Assembly: GCA_038496445.1 (NCBI GenBank)
Contig: JALMLS010000548.1
Location: forward strand, 186,001-250,000
DNA from: Trichosphaerium sp. ATCC 40318
Lineage: Eukaryota; Protista; Tubulinea
Direction: 5' to 3'
DNA: 64,000 nt
This document shows, piece after piece, positions 13,736 through 27,210 of the stretch. The translations under genes and the position numbers were made by a program. Numbering within the stretch: the stretch's first letter is position 1; each line of letters opens with the position of its first letter. A model generated the notes under the pieces. The model was given only the letters and a program-made list of their open reading frames with translations, had not been told where the DNA came from and made no database searches.

Positions 13736-15821
13736 ATGCACACGAGACTTGTCACATACAAACGGCTCCAAAGCGTCAGAATATGCCATAGACGGTTTTC
13801 TATAACGCAAGATCGTACGTTGCGCCTGTATATCAGTCGTAGAGTATTGTTTTACTCCATGTCATTTTAATTGTCATTACAGCCAGTCTTGGCGATGTGG
13901 AACGTACTAGAACGTATGTAGAATCAAAATCTATTAAATTATCATTAAAACTGACAAAACAACGTAGACGCATGCCAAGGGAGTATTGGATGCAGTTGGG
14001 TAACCAAAAAGCCAGGCTAGAGCAAGTTGCTGAACATTTGGGTGTCAAAACAATGACAGATTGGTACAATGTAACAAGAGACGAGATGGTAGCTGCTGGG
14101 GCTAGTGGTATATTCGCTACGTAAGTTTCCTTGATCTTAACTGCGTTTTAAAGTATTTTTTGTACAGCGGCTATGACTGCATTGTATCTTGCTTGAGTAC
14201 TCTCTATCCAACTTATAGCTTTGTTCCTTGGAAGTTCCAGTACGTACAAAGCCTTAGCCTATTCTAGTGCGACTAAGTCCGTGTTTAGGCGCGTTCCGAA
14301 GTATGTTTTGGGAGACCTTGTAATTCAACTTGAAATTATTGAAGAAATCGGAGAAGCGTTATCTATAAAGCACTTGGATGACTGGTATAATGTATCTGTT
14401 AGATGTATATCTGAAAAAGGAGGATCAAGTCTACTTTCAACGTACAATAAATCAGTGGCGAAGTGTGTTGGCGCTTTGTACCCTCATCACAAGTGGGTAC
14501 CTTGGAAGTTCAGGTAAGTCATTGAACATTTTATTGTTTGATGTTATGAGCTTGTTCTGACTTCTCCTAGAAACTTGGCTACGCATTTATGGACTCAAGA
14601 GAAAAGAAAGAGAGCAAGATTTGATAAAGTTGCGAAAAACTTGGGTGTCAAAGATCTTGAACAATGGTATACTGTTAGTTCTCAAGATATTGAAAGTCAA
14701 GGTGTTAATTCTTTGATAATGTACGTTCATTCTCCTCAATAGAAGTGTTTTGATATTAAAGATGATATAGGAAGTATTATGAAGGATCTGTGCCTAAATG
14801 TATTGCGGATATTTATCCAGAGTTTAACTGGAAGCCTTGGAAGTTTGAGTACGTCTTTTTTAAATCTCCACGTTTTTGTTATGTCTCTCATTTCCTTGCT
14901 TTCTAATGCTATGAACAAACTTGAAAATTTGTTGCGTAAAACTGAGTGTTGAGATTAATGTGTTTTGTTTTGTTTAGGGCGGTGCCAAGGAACTTTTGGG
15001 ATAACCTGTCCAATCAAAAACTCTTCTTTGCAGAACTAGAAGCAAAGTATAACATGAAGACACTTGATCAATGGTATAGAAATATAAAGTATACTGAAAT
15101 AGCACGTGGTATAAGCGAGAGGTAAGATAATCGAAAGAACTCTTGAGAGCCAAAAAAGGAGAAACTTACACCAAGTTTTTTTGATTTAGATATGGAACAA
15201 TCACAAATACCTTGAAGGCTATTTATCCTAACTACAAATGGAATATTTCAAAGTTTCACTGGAATATGCCTTCTCCTTGGAATAAACCAGGACAAGTAGC
15301 ATTCTTGGAGAAGTTACAAAAACGTGCTCTTGTTACAAGTCCAGATATGTGGTAAGAGTTATTAAAAAAACATATTTTTTTAGTCTGCATACCGCAACCA
15401 ATATTATACAAACAAATTGAAGCCTCAGTTGTTGCTTCTCAATATTTACTAAATTATCTGTACTATGACCAAGCAATAGCGCATTCCTTTCTGATTTGTT
15501 CACCTCCAAAAGTGTTTTTTTGAATAACTTCTTGCATGAACTAATTTCTATGAAGGTATCGTATTTCTGTCAGAACGATAATATATTATGGAGGAGCAGA
15601 GATGATAAAAGCAAAACTATGGCCAAGAGCTTTAGCTCACTTTGAGCCTAACTTCACGTTTGATTGGGCTAAGTTTAACCAAGCACGCAAAGCGGCTAGA
15701 CAAAGGTGCGTACATACTGATGAACCCAAAAAAACAAGTTCAATCTTCGTAATAATTCTTGTTAGGGCGCTCACTTATTCCCTAACTAATCTGTTTGATA
15801 ACGTAATATGATTCAACTATT
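13736..15821 (+). CDS. Trp-rich ~70-aa repeat protein with predicted mitochondrial presequence (3' end uncertain, may extend to 16201)
   Basis: MHTRLVTYKRLQSVRICHRRFS leader; repeats PREYW...LGVKTMTDWYNVT, LSIKHLDDWYNVS...YPHHKWVPWKF, VPRNFWDNLSNQKLFF...LDQWY. Confidence 0.8.
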
Positions 15822-16131
15822 GCATGATGAAAGAAGTTGATGTACCTCAGTGTTATACTACACGTTAAATCTTGTTGTTGAAAGAAAGTTAAACATTCTA
15901 CAAGATGAAGAAAGGTATGGAAGTGTTTTTACTTTTTTTGCAAAAATGTATCTTTGTTAATTATCCAAGAAGCAGAAAAAGGATTTCTTCAGTATCTGGG
16001 ATGTTTAGATTCCTGGACAGCTTTACAGCTTGGATACAAAGGGTCGTAGAGCCAACACCAAAACAAATTCAAAGAACAAGATCAGAGGCTGTAAAAAAAC
16101 AGATTTTTTACGGAGGGTGGTGTTTATTATG

Positions 16132-18412
16132 TCATACACTATCGATGACAAGTACCCAATCATTCTCAGGATTATCATATGAAGACAATGGAGTAAATTG
16201 AACCAAACCAGTATTTTCTATTTCACCAAGATGTATCACTTTACCGTTTCTTGGATCTATCCAAGAGGTTGTTACTGAACTTGATTTGATAACAGAAAGG
16301 TCAAGTGTAAAAGCAGCTCCTCTAGTGGAATACACAAATGCGAATGATCCGTCACCTGTAAAAATATATTAGATAAAGCGATATCTAAGTAAAATTTTTT
16401 CAAAGCAATAAAGCAATAAAGAAAAAAACAAGAAAACTTTCACGCAAGTAATTAAAACAAACGTTCTTTAATGATATTGACAGTGTGTGTTGTATGTATG
16501 AAACGCAATCATTGACTAATCAAAGCTTGGTGATTGTACATCGAAAGAAAAAAACAGCGACAACTTTATAAAACAAACTCTGTTATTTTTCTGCGCGTAC
16601 TTGCGTATGTTCCAATTGTGATGTCACAGTTTTGTAAATCTCCAGCGTTTGGTACAAGTTTTCTTTCGTGATCTGGAATCAAGAGTGTCCAATCACGTGA
16701 TGTCGCTAGATTTTTCAAATGTTGAAGCTGCGATGAACCTAGTGCACATACTATGGTAAGTAACGTTCAAAACAATAAAATAAACAACAGGGAGAATAAA
16801 AAATTGTACCTGGAAAGGATAAGGCGCGCTTCCAACTAAATCCAGCACTTCTTGCTTTTGTATGTTAGTAAAAACCAGCAAGAAAGAAGCTTAAAGTTTT
16901 GCTTACCTGAACCACCAGAAAAATCCCATATAGCGTTAGCGCCATAAGTATACCCAAAAGCTCCAGCAAAAACCTAAAGTGATAATCACACCATGAACAC
17001 GAAACTGAACTTACGCTCCAATATGCGTTAAGTCTAACACCATTGATCATTGTAGTACCTAACAACACTTGATTAGACACCTGCTATTAATTTAGACTAC
17101 GTACGGCATACCACAGTATGTGTAAATATCCATCTCGTACGCGCCCTCGCCCATAAAAGTAGGCAGAGTTGGTTTCATATTGTAATCTTTGGATATAAGC
17201 GATTCGATCTTATTGTACTGAACCCACCCTGACTACCATCTCTGTTAGGACGACTAACTCCCACGAATTGGTAAGGGTGGTACTTGGATAAGATTAAAAC
17301 TCAGCCAAGCATCTCCATGAAACATCTCTGATGAAGAATGCCCAGAAGAGGGGTGATAAGTCATTAGCAACTTTCTTATAGGTTTCACTTAGTTTTGTCA
17401 TTGTATGCTTTTGTACGCACTTCCACGTGGGATTTGAGGTGTCATTCCATTTTGGTCTAGTTCCACCAACGTATCCCTGAGCTATACCTTCAGCCATCAT
17501 CCGGTAAACATCAACAGAGTCGCCTATCCCGGCGAAACGTCAGGATGATATTTACTAGTTAAAGTCTACCTGTGAGCGGGAAAGGCGTGTCACCGCCAAG
17601 AACGAACACTACGTTTGTTTTGTTTTGTAGTAAATTGCCGATGTACTGTATGTTAAATTAGGTGCTTATTAGTAGTGTCAAGTATTGGTGTACCTTGCCA
17701 TATATGTATGCATTTGACGGATTAAAGATTACTTGGCTACCATACACAAAGATGCTTCCCCATTGCGGCCTTTCTTTTGTTAGTAAAGGTATAGCTTTGT
17801 AGACAATTATACCATAGTGCTATGTAAAGATTCATTGATGCTGCTTGATCTATAACACTTGACACCTGTGTTGACATTATCAAAAACTATATTTCGGAGA
17901 GCAGTGTACATAGTTAAAAAACTTAGGATTCGGCTTTGTAGGATCCCTATGCTTCTCATCAGTGAAAGCCCAGTCTCCATTAGCGTTGGGGCGATCTATT
18001 CCCCCGAAAGAAAGTGCAGTCTATTTGTGTTTTAATACGTGTTCACAAGGAAGCCAAACAGCGAAGCTAGATTTTTTTTTTGAAGAACTTTTCTTGCGAA
18101 AAGGATGGAACTTACCGCTTGTATTACATTAAACCCCTTTCCAACACGATCTTTAAAGTACTGAGATACATCACCGGTCTTTAACGAGTGAAATAAATCC
18201 CAAGCAGTTGCGCCAGCCCAAAAAAACGGTTTATTTCCTTCTTGCGCTAGTATTCTATTCTCGCCTTTTAAACAACTCTACGTAAGCTCGCTTCAACAAA
18301 CAGTTGTGGATTACATGCCTGGACCTGTGCGAGAGTACACTTGTAGGCGTGGTAATTCAGAACTGACAACAGCTACACAAAGTAACACAACAAACCCTAA
18401 ACTAACTTTCAT
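16132..18412 (-). CDS. Secreted GH140/apiosidase-like (DUF4038) hydrolase with C-terminal collagen-binding-like domain
   Basis: Signal [18 protein letters not shown]; [50 protein letters not shown]; C-terminal WIDPRNG...NDWVLVI. Confidence 0.85.
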
Positions 18413-18794
18413 CGTTAACGACTTGGTAATTGATTTTGTTGTGAAGAATGCACGTGACTGGAAGTGTCAAGAGAACATTACATCTGCCTCTATTTGGCAA
18501 AGTTGTTAGATGTTGACAACCAATTTTAACCACGTGATGGACATGTGTAAGAATCGTACTTTAGAATACCGTAGCGAGCTATAAGGTCACTTGCAACTTG
18601 CGCTTTCCCTTACTGTTCTCAAAGAACATTGTTCTTGACAGGCTGTTTACAACATCTAGGCTTCCGTAACAGCTGTATTGTTCGCTGTCACTGTTGTAAA
18701 ACTGGATATTTTTAGAGCAAGCTAAGCAGTATGTTAAGTCAGATTCTCAGGTCATGAAAATGTATCAAAAACAGAAGTTGCTTCGTACTTTCTA

Positions 18795-21700
18795 ATGGAG
18801 ACCTTTTGGCGTTATTTTATAGACCCTAGATCTCTTACTGATATACAGTATTGTGCTAAAGAGGATAAAATCTACATTCTAAGCAATTACACCAAAAATG
18901 TAGACAGCGAACGTGATGAGAAAAATAATACGCCCCTGATGACCGCGTGCGCGTAAGTAACGCATACACAGTATTAACAGCAATATTTCTTAACGTACAA
19001 AACTTCAGAAATACTAGTTTAGCTTTTGTGACGGCTATACTCGATATGGGAGCATCAGCGTCATTGAAAAACAGCCACGGATCAACTCCACTTCATTTGG
19101 CAGCATACAACCCGTAAGTAACTTTTATTTGAAAAACAGCTATTTACTCTTTTCATTTTTGAAAAATGTTGATTTTGACTTTGCGGCGTTTGCTACCAGT
19201 AGCTTTAAGTTTCATCTCCGTCATTCCTATATGATTGAGCTACGTACCAATTGCAAGTATTATGGTTATAAGAGCTATGAAGATAAGCCTTGTGAGGCGA
19301 ACAGCGTTAAAACCGTTTTTTTTGTTCTCAATCTCAGATTTTTATTTAAATCAAAGTGCAATAACAGCATTGTCATTGTACTAATATGTGGATTGATAAC
19401 ATTTTTATTCATTTAGTGGTTCATCACAAGTACAAATTGGCAAGTTACTAATAAAAAATGGAGCACCTATGGAAGCTGTTGACAATAATAATTTCACAGC
19501 ATTACACATGGTACGTGAATAGAATGACTCCATTTTCCTTCTTTTGGGTAATTAGAAATAAAGGCAATAATACAAAGATGCACACGCTTTGCAAAGTGGC
19601 TCATTGAATCTGGAGCTAATATTGAAGCACAGAGTACGTATATCCTTAGTTCTTGACTTTTGAAAAAATGACACATTTTCCACAAAAACTAAGAAAAGCA
19701 CTGAAGTTTTGTTGTTCTGTGCGTTTTATTGTGGCTGCTTCGCACCAAAGGCTCTTTTGTTATCAAATCAATATTCCCTTAGCTTAATGGTGGAGCATCT
19801 GTCTTACACACAGAAGGTTGTGATTTCGATCCTCATAGGGAATATCTTCCTTTTTGTTATTTTCATAGCTAACACTTTACTCAAGATAACCAAGGATACA
19901 CACCACTCATTGTAGCGTGTGCTAACGGTGACACAGAATCAGCTAAACTATTAATTGAGCGAGGTTGTGATGTTACAATACGATCACGTGGAAGCCACGA
20001 AACATCTTTAATTTTTGCAGTTCGGTAATGCTTTACAAATATGTTGCGGTCAACTCATTTAGTGTAGTTCTGGACACCTTGAAATTGTGAAACTCCTACT
20101 TGCCAAAGATTTGTCTTTGCTCCATGTCAGAGACGCAAGAAAACTGCATTTTTTGCTTTGCTAAACTAAGTTAGTCCTCTGGATCATTACCAATACACTT
20201 TACAGCACACCAAGCAGCAAACACTCGTAAGTGATTGCCACTGTTTCAAAACCGCTACATTTTTTTACCTAACAACGTTCTTCCACGTAGAAATCTTGGA
20301 TTTTTTGTTGTCTGTGGGTGCTGATATAAATGCTACTACAAGTGCTAATGAAACTCTACTTCATTTTGCAACTGAAAGAAATGACGAGGCTCACATAAGT
20401 GCTCTCCTAGATCGTAAAATTAATGCCAATAATCGCTCATCTTTCGGTACAACAGGTAAGCTTTATATCGTATTTCCTTTGCTCTTTTGGCTACTCCGCC
20501 AGCTACGGCTTGGTAATAACAACTGTAAATTCCCTTAGCTTAATGGTGGAGCACCTGTCTAACACACAGGAGGTTGTGAGTTCGATCCTCACAGGGAATA
20601 TTTACAATTTTACGTATTGCAACAATTATTCTGGTAAATTTCTAAGAACATTGTTTAGCCCTTCATGAAGCTTGCATCAAGTGTCAGTATAATATTGTCA
20701 AGTTACTCGTAACAAAGGGAAATGCTGACGTCAATAGTAAAGATACAGATGGATTAACACCTCTTCATACTTTAACACATGCGTCAGTGCGTAAAAACCG
20801 CGAAAACTGTTTTGATTCATTGTGGTTTACCTTAGGCAAAGCAAAGCAGTGAAACTGTTATCAATATTGCATCATTTCTTTTAAAGTCTGGTGCTGATGT
20901 AAACTGTTTAAGCAATGACGGGGTACCTGCACTTCGCCATGCTCTTTCGAGAGCACATCGTTTTGACCTTGTCAAATATTTCTGTGAGGTACACTTTGAG
21001 CGTTTTTCTGATCCTCGCAGCCATTATAATCACGTGATTTTATATAAAATAATAATTGTTTACTTGGTTCAGGTTGGAGCAGAAGCTTGTAATGAAGATG
21101 TTTATGGGTGGACAAACCTCCATTTCCTTGTAAACAACAATAAGCCAAAAGAGACAATTGAGTTCTTTAAATCTTACATTTCCAAAACCAATCCTGATTT
21201 CCTTGAAACGTTTGATCCAAAAAAACCTCGGGTAGAACCTAAAGGTACCGCCAATCCTTTCTTTATTAGTATAGACGCTTATTACTTACTTGACATTACA
21301 GAAATTGAAACATTCAATGGACTATCAAAAGAAGAAAGACATGAAGTGCTAGGTGGTAACGTATCAATCGAAGCAATTGCAGAAAAAATTAAGAATAGCT
21401 CGATCAAAAAGATTATTGTTCTCACTGGTACGGACAGCAGAAAGTTTTTGGAAATCTAATATGTAAATTAAAGGTGCTGGTATCAGTACGAACTCTGGAA
21501 TTCCTGATTTTAGGTCTAAAGAGCAAGGACTTTACACAACAAATTATCTGGCTGAGAAACTTAAAGTTTTCAACAAAAACGCCTTCTCACTTCAATCATT
21601 TCAACAAAACCCAGCAGATTTTTATAAAATCGTAAAGACACTATTCTTACCTATTATAAACGGTGAATACAAGTACGAACTAATAATGATGTATCATTAG

Positions 21701-22677
21701 ATAAATGACGTAAAAAACTAACACCAGAATTAGACCAACACCAACACATTTCTTTTTGAAATTGTTGAGTGATAAAGGACTATTACTTCGAAATTATACT
21801 CAGAATATCGATGCACTAGAGTCATTTGCAGGTATACCAAAGGATAAAGTAGTTGAAGTACGTGACAGGGAGTTTTAGAGTGTTTTTGGGTTGTCTGTTT
21901 TATTGACATAACAAGAAACTAGGCACATGGATCATTTGGTTCAGCCTCTTGTTCAGTGTGCGGAAAAGAGTGTCCAAGTTTACGAGAAGTTTGGGACGCT
22001 GTTGAAAGAAATGTACGCTTAAAATACTCGAAGAAAGTCTACAATTGTTACCTCTTATACTCGCTGTAGAGAGTTCCTAAATGTGATGTTTGTGGTGGTT
22101 TTGTTAAACCTAATGTTGTTTTCTTTGGTGAACCACTACAATCTCAGTTCTTTGACAATCAAAAAGTACGACATAAATTTGAAAATCACATTGACAAAAT
22201 GAACTGTACTTTTCTTCTTATTTCTATTTTTAGGAAGATTTCGACACGTGTGATTTGATTATTGTAATGGGAACATCATTGGTCGTTTACCCATTCGCAT
22301 CACTTGTAAACAGGGCACCGAAGACTGTTCCAAGACTTGTACGTTTTGTACTATTAACCCATGTTGCTTTCAAAAAAACGACAGGAATACGATTTTCTGA
22401 CCCTTTTTTTAAGTTGTTCAACAAAGATCCTACAGGTCCATTCAAAAATGCCGCGTGGTTTAATCCAAAAGAAAATAAGTTTGAAAAAGCTGAAAACAAT
22501 ACACTTGGGAATCATAACTACCGTGACGTAGCATCCCTAGGTACTACAATGATAAGGTAATGTAAAATTCTAATGTGAATGATAGGTGATATTGACCAAG
22601 GTGTAATGGCATTAGCACAGCTCCTAGGGTGGGAAAAGGATCTTTTGGCGTTAATGGGCACATTAGAAGAAAAGTAG
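18795..22677 (+). CDS. Ankyrin-repeat sirtuin (class I SIR2, Dictyostelium Sir2B-like architecture); true start may lie upstream
   Basis: Multiple TPLH/TPLI/TALH ankyrin repeats followed by [58 protein letters not shown]. Confidence 0.93.
19773..19844 (+). tRNA. tRNA-Val(TAC), intronic, with T-stem G53>T defect
   Basis: Cloverleaf: acceptor ATTCCCT/AGGGAAT, anticodon stem TCTGT/ACAGA with loop CTTACAC, T-loop TTCGATC, downstream T5. Lies in intron 19634-19885. Confidence 0.85.
20529..20600 (+). tRNA. tRNA-Val(AAC), intronic
   Basis: Cloverleaf: anticodon stem CCTGT/ACAGG with loop CTAACAC, T-arm GTGAG-TTCGATC-CTCAC. Lies in intron 20456-20658. Confidence 0.92.
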
Positions 22678-23128
22678 AAAGGAACATTATCATAGCTAGA
22701 GAGGCAGTAATAATAGTACCTTATAATTGCAAGGTCAATAAAAATTATTGAATAAGCAAAACGATAAAATCAGTTATCTGTCTTCGTTAGTCATGAAGTT
22801 GAATTTGTTTGTTAGTATTTTAAAGAGATGTTCCAAACTTGTATTGATTAATTCTTGATGAAGCAAGTAATAATGAGGCAAATACGATCTAAAAAATCGT
22901 CTACCAATAAATCCATTGTGCTGAGTTATGTTACAGGCTTTATTATGTATACAAGCGTTAAGCGAATATCCAAAATAATGAAATCGCTTAGGGAGAAACA
23001 TGTAAAAAAATTACTATTCACAAAAAGAAAAAGAGAACCAGCACTACATAGCTATGATACCTCCCTTTTTCTTTTGTTTTTTCTATTATGGTTTTTGGCT
23101 TTTTTTTGGGATTGTTGTTAATTGTTAT

Positions 23129-25324
23129 CTAATTTCCAGCCTCAGATATTGGCACTAAGTTGTCAGAGCCAGCACCACGCTTCTCTTTTCTTTCAACTAG
23201 TTGTTCAGTAATCTTGGAATCTATTTCTTCCTCTGAAAAGCCATAATCAGCTGCGAAACTCCTCCAAGCGCGTGCAAATGAGTTGTCCTTGTAGTATGGA
23301 CCTAAGAAACAAACGAATAAGTACTTTGAAAAGCGAATAATGAACTATAAAATACGCTGCGCGTAGCTTCTATTATCTACGTACCCCAAAAAAACTCGTT
23401 GCCAGGTTTTACATCCGTGCCATCCTTAAAATGTACACAGAGTGCCGTCATATTATCTTGACTGCCTAGATAATAGGTCAAAAGAGCAGTAGCGCTAGAT
23501 TTAGTGGTTTTGCTAGCACTAGATAAGAAATAGAACGTACCGCTTTGTAGCGACTTTTCGCACAAATTAGCAGCAACAATAGCTAAGTCTGGTTGCTTTT
23601 GAACTTGCTAGAGAAAAATTGCGATCAATACTTACTCTACAAACCTACAACGTACTTCATAAACATACTTGCCAACAGCAGTATTATCCATTTGCTCGTA
23701 AATACCATCACAAGCGAGTAATAAAATGTCACCTTCACTGGCCTACAAAAAAAAACGTGTAAGCGAATTTATAAACCACACAATTCGCTAAAAGATCGCG
23801 TGATTGCTTTTTTTTCCAAAGCTCACAAACAGAACTACAACTGAATAAAAAATAGTACCGTTCTAAATGTGACATCAGGAAGAGGTATAACTTCTTGTTT
23901 ATCTGCAGCTAGATCTTTTGTTTTGTACGGTCTATCACCGACAGCTCTACAAAAAACTTAGATTCGGCGTCTTTGGCTTTTATTTGCACTGTAGGCGCTA
24001 GATAAAAGCAATACGCACCTAGATACTGCAAGATTACCATTTACACGACCATTCCTTACAAACCCACCGGCTTCTTTGATGCGTTTAGCCTCCTACAAAC
24101 GACATATTAGAGAAATAAGAAGAATCTTTTATTTTTGTTCGAAAAAAAAAATTTGTAAACTTACTTCAGGGACATTTGGACTGTGATCATCAGTAAGAGG
24201 GAAAATTTCACCGGACTCTATAGAGAACAAAAATGAGAAACTCGAACGAACAGGTGTACATGTTTTTTTTGTTTGCCAAGATGCAACGTGGTAGTAAACA
24301 AAAAAACGATTTTTTTCGTACTTGTAATAAGCATAGCGCGTGAATCACCAACATTCCCAATCGTAATAAAAAAGTCTTTGGTTTCTTCACGATGTTGTAC
24401 AATCGAAAATACTGCAGTTGTACCATCATCCGCACCACTATGTAAACGTAAATAAATTATTATGATCACTGAACTGATTTTTGGGACGATTCGGTTGGAA
24501 TATTTTTGTTTTTTTCGTTTATAATTGCACAAGAAGAGATCAAAAACACGCAGTCGCGATTTAGGAGCGTTTGTCGTTACGTGAACACACGCTAAAATGA
24601 TCCAGTACTTTTTGTAGTAAAAAAATCTCGTGTATGAACACAAAAAAAAATAATTAAGGTAATTAACGCATTTTAGCGATAAAATTCGGTTATGCGTTGA
24701 TAACAAAGAAAATAAAAACTAAATGTACCCAGATTCGGTCAAAAAGTCTTTGTCGGCCTTAGTAGATAATGAGTATATCACGTGATTTGCATTCCGGCGT
24801 TATTTACCTGCATGACGGCTTTTTGTATTGATTTCGCTTCAAAGTTACCCTCACCTTCTACATATTTGTGTATGCGTTCTGAGCAAAATTTTGACGCCTG
24901 AACAGGAATTTTAGAAACTGAAAAAAGAATATAGAGTTCCAGCGGTCTAAAAGCGATGTCCGATAGCGTATAAGGCGACGGAGTTGGTTTTTCACATCAT
25001 GTTAATAAAGACGCACCTTGCTTCCGCAATGGCCATCATAAACGCCGAAGAAATAGCCCTATACGCATATTATTAGCATTGTCGCGTGTAGTAACACAAA
25101 CTGTGTAAAATAGTCTTTAAATTGGCTTTAAATGAGCGCCATTTATTGTGTGGAGGAAGGCTGAATACTTGTACACTCACCCCATTGTAATCTACGATCA
25201 ATTGATGCGAGTCTTCCATCTCTGTGCGATATCCTTGCATACTAGCGCCACCAACGCGCAAATGCTCTGTGCCATGCCTGAACAAAGCCTTACTTTTAAG
25301 AGGGTATGATAGCAGAAGCCCCAT
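23129..25324 (-). CDS. Protein phosphatase 2C
   Basis: SMQGYRTEMED, GVYDGHCG, DDGTTA, GNVGDSR, DDHSP, LAVSRAVGD, LACDGIYE, GSQDNMT. Confidence 0.95.
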
Positions 25325-25498
25325 GTGCTGTAACTGTCAGTTTAGGCGAGTGACTTTTTGTCGGTTTTTTTTTTTTTTTTTTTCGAAGCGCAACTGAAAT
25401 TTACCTTGCGTGACTTTCGCTCCGTTTATATCTCTTGCAATTGCACTGGTAATGCTAAATACGTACAGCCACAACGGAAATTAATAAATCGAGTGACT

Positions 25499-27210
25499 AT
25501 GGGCTGTGTTCAGGGCGTGGATGGCGAAATGTCCCGCAACAACCAGATCGAGAAGGAGCTGCACAGGACTCGCTTGAAGCTTCATAAAAACACTAATATA
25601 CTTTTACTGGGGTGGGTCACGCAAAAATTTATTTGTTTTAATGGCGTTAAAAGCCCAAATACATTTCTACTTCGTTATTTTATTTACTAATGTATCCCAG
25701 ACCTGGCGAATCCGGAAAAAGCACAATTTACAAACAAATGAAAATTATTCAAACAAACGGAGGTTTCACGAGGCAGGAACTGGAGAACTATGCGTTCATT
25801 ATTTACAACAATTGCATTTCGCAAATGAAGGGTAAGTCCATTTGCCTACAAAACGCGCTTTTTTCTTGCTAAAAGCGTTCTTTTCTAGTTTTAGTAAGCG
25901 CTGCTCAACAATTGCGTCTTCCACTTGACAGTCAAGAAAATGTCGTACGTAAACGCTTATTTGGTCGTTTTTTCTTCACGCCGAAAGCTTATCGAGTCAC
26001 AATGCAGGCCAAAGCTGGTAAAATGCTACAATTACCGGCGTCAGGAGCCAATTGGAGTAAAGAGATAGGCGAAACAATTAAAGCTCTTTGGGCAGACTCT
26101 GGTATAAAACGATGCTACGATTACAGGGATAGATATTTTCAACTAAACGATAGTGCAAAGTAGTATGTAGTTTTATGGTGTTTTATGAATTTTGTTGCAC
26201 AGATGTGTTGATGTTTCTTTTCTAGCTTTCTTGATAGTATAGATATCTACACAAAGGATGATTATGTACCAACAGAACAAGATGTGCTCAGAGCACGAGT
26301 GAGATCTACTGGTATCGATGAAGCAACATTCAGATTCGAAGACATGTCGTTCAAGTACGTTTTTCCCTTGGTTTTAGCGTTTGATTCATGTAATTATCCT
26401 TATCTCCATTCTAGTATGATTGATGTTGGTGGACAGAGAAGTGAAAGACGAAAATGGATACATTGCTTCGATGTACGCGAGTTTTTAAATGCCAAGCTTT
26501 TTTGTTTACGCGTGCTTAGGAAGTGACAGCTGTTATATTCGTGGCGTCTTTGAGTGAATACGATCAAATGTTAAGAGAAGAAGAGACACAAAATAGAATG
26601 CACGAAGCTATCTACTTGTTTGAAGAGATAGCGAACTCAAAAACCTTTCGCGTAAGTGCTTTTTGAAAAAAGTCGTTATAAGTTTTCAATCTTTGAGTCT
26701 ACGTAGCTCCCAAATTACCTTTATTTACTTGTATTATTTCTCACCTGGCGCGTAGAATAAATCAATAATCTTGTTTCTAAACAAGATGGACTTGTTCTCA
26801 GAGAAGCTGATGCGAGTACCATTATCAGTCTGCTTTGAAGCGCACCAGCCTGACGTATCAGATCTATCTACTGATAAGCTTAAAACTCAATATATTGAGG
26901 AGGCACTTGATTTTATAAAGGTTCGCTTCCTTGAGCGAAACCAATATGATCATACTATATTTACGCACTTTACATGTGCAGTATCAACAGACAACATCAA
27001 ATTTGTCTTCAGGTTCGTTTTCTTTCTTTTTTGACTTCTTTCGTTGATGTTTCATCACGTTTGTAATCAATGACCAACTTTGGAGACTATTGGTTTAATT
27101 TTTGTGTTTTGTTTTCGATGTCAAGCTAAGTACTAAACTTATGTAGGGCTGTGCGTAAGACGTTGTTGACAAAGATAATGAAGGAGACGGGATTGTACCC
27201 CGTACCTTAG
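25499..27210 (+). CDS. Heterotrimeric G protein alpha subunit
   Basis: MGC lipidation start, [42 protein letters not shown]. Confidence 0.97.

Noticed and set aside
15905-16201. Coding overlap between the repeat protein 3' end and the GH140-like gene
   Set aside because: The terminal exons of the repeat gene could not be spliced reliably, so the overlap is unsupported.
25600-25725. G-alpha P-loop GPGES instead of GAGES
   Set aside because: This variant occurs in known functional G-alpha subunits; the catalytic Arg and Gln are intact.
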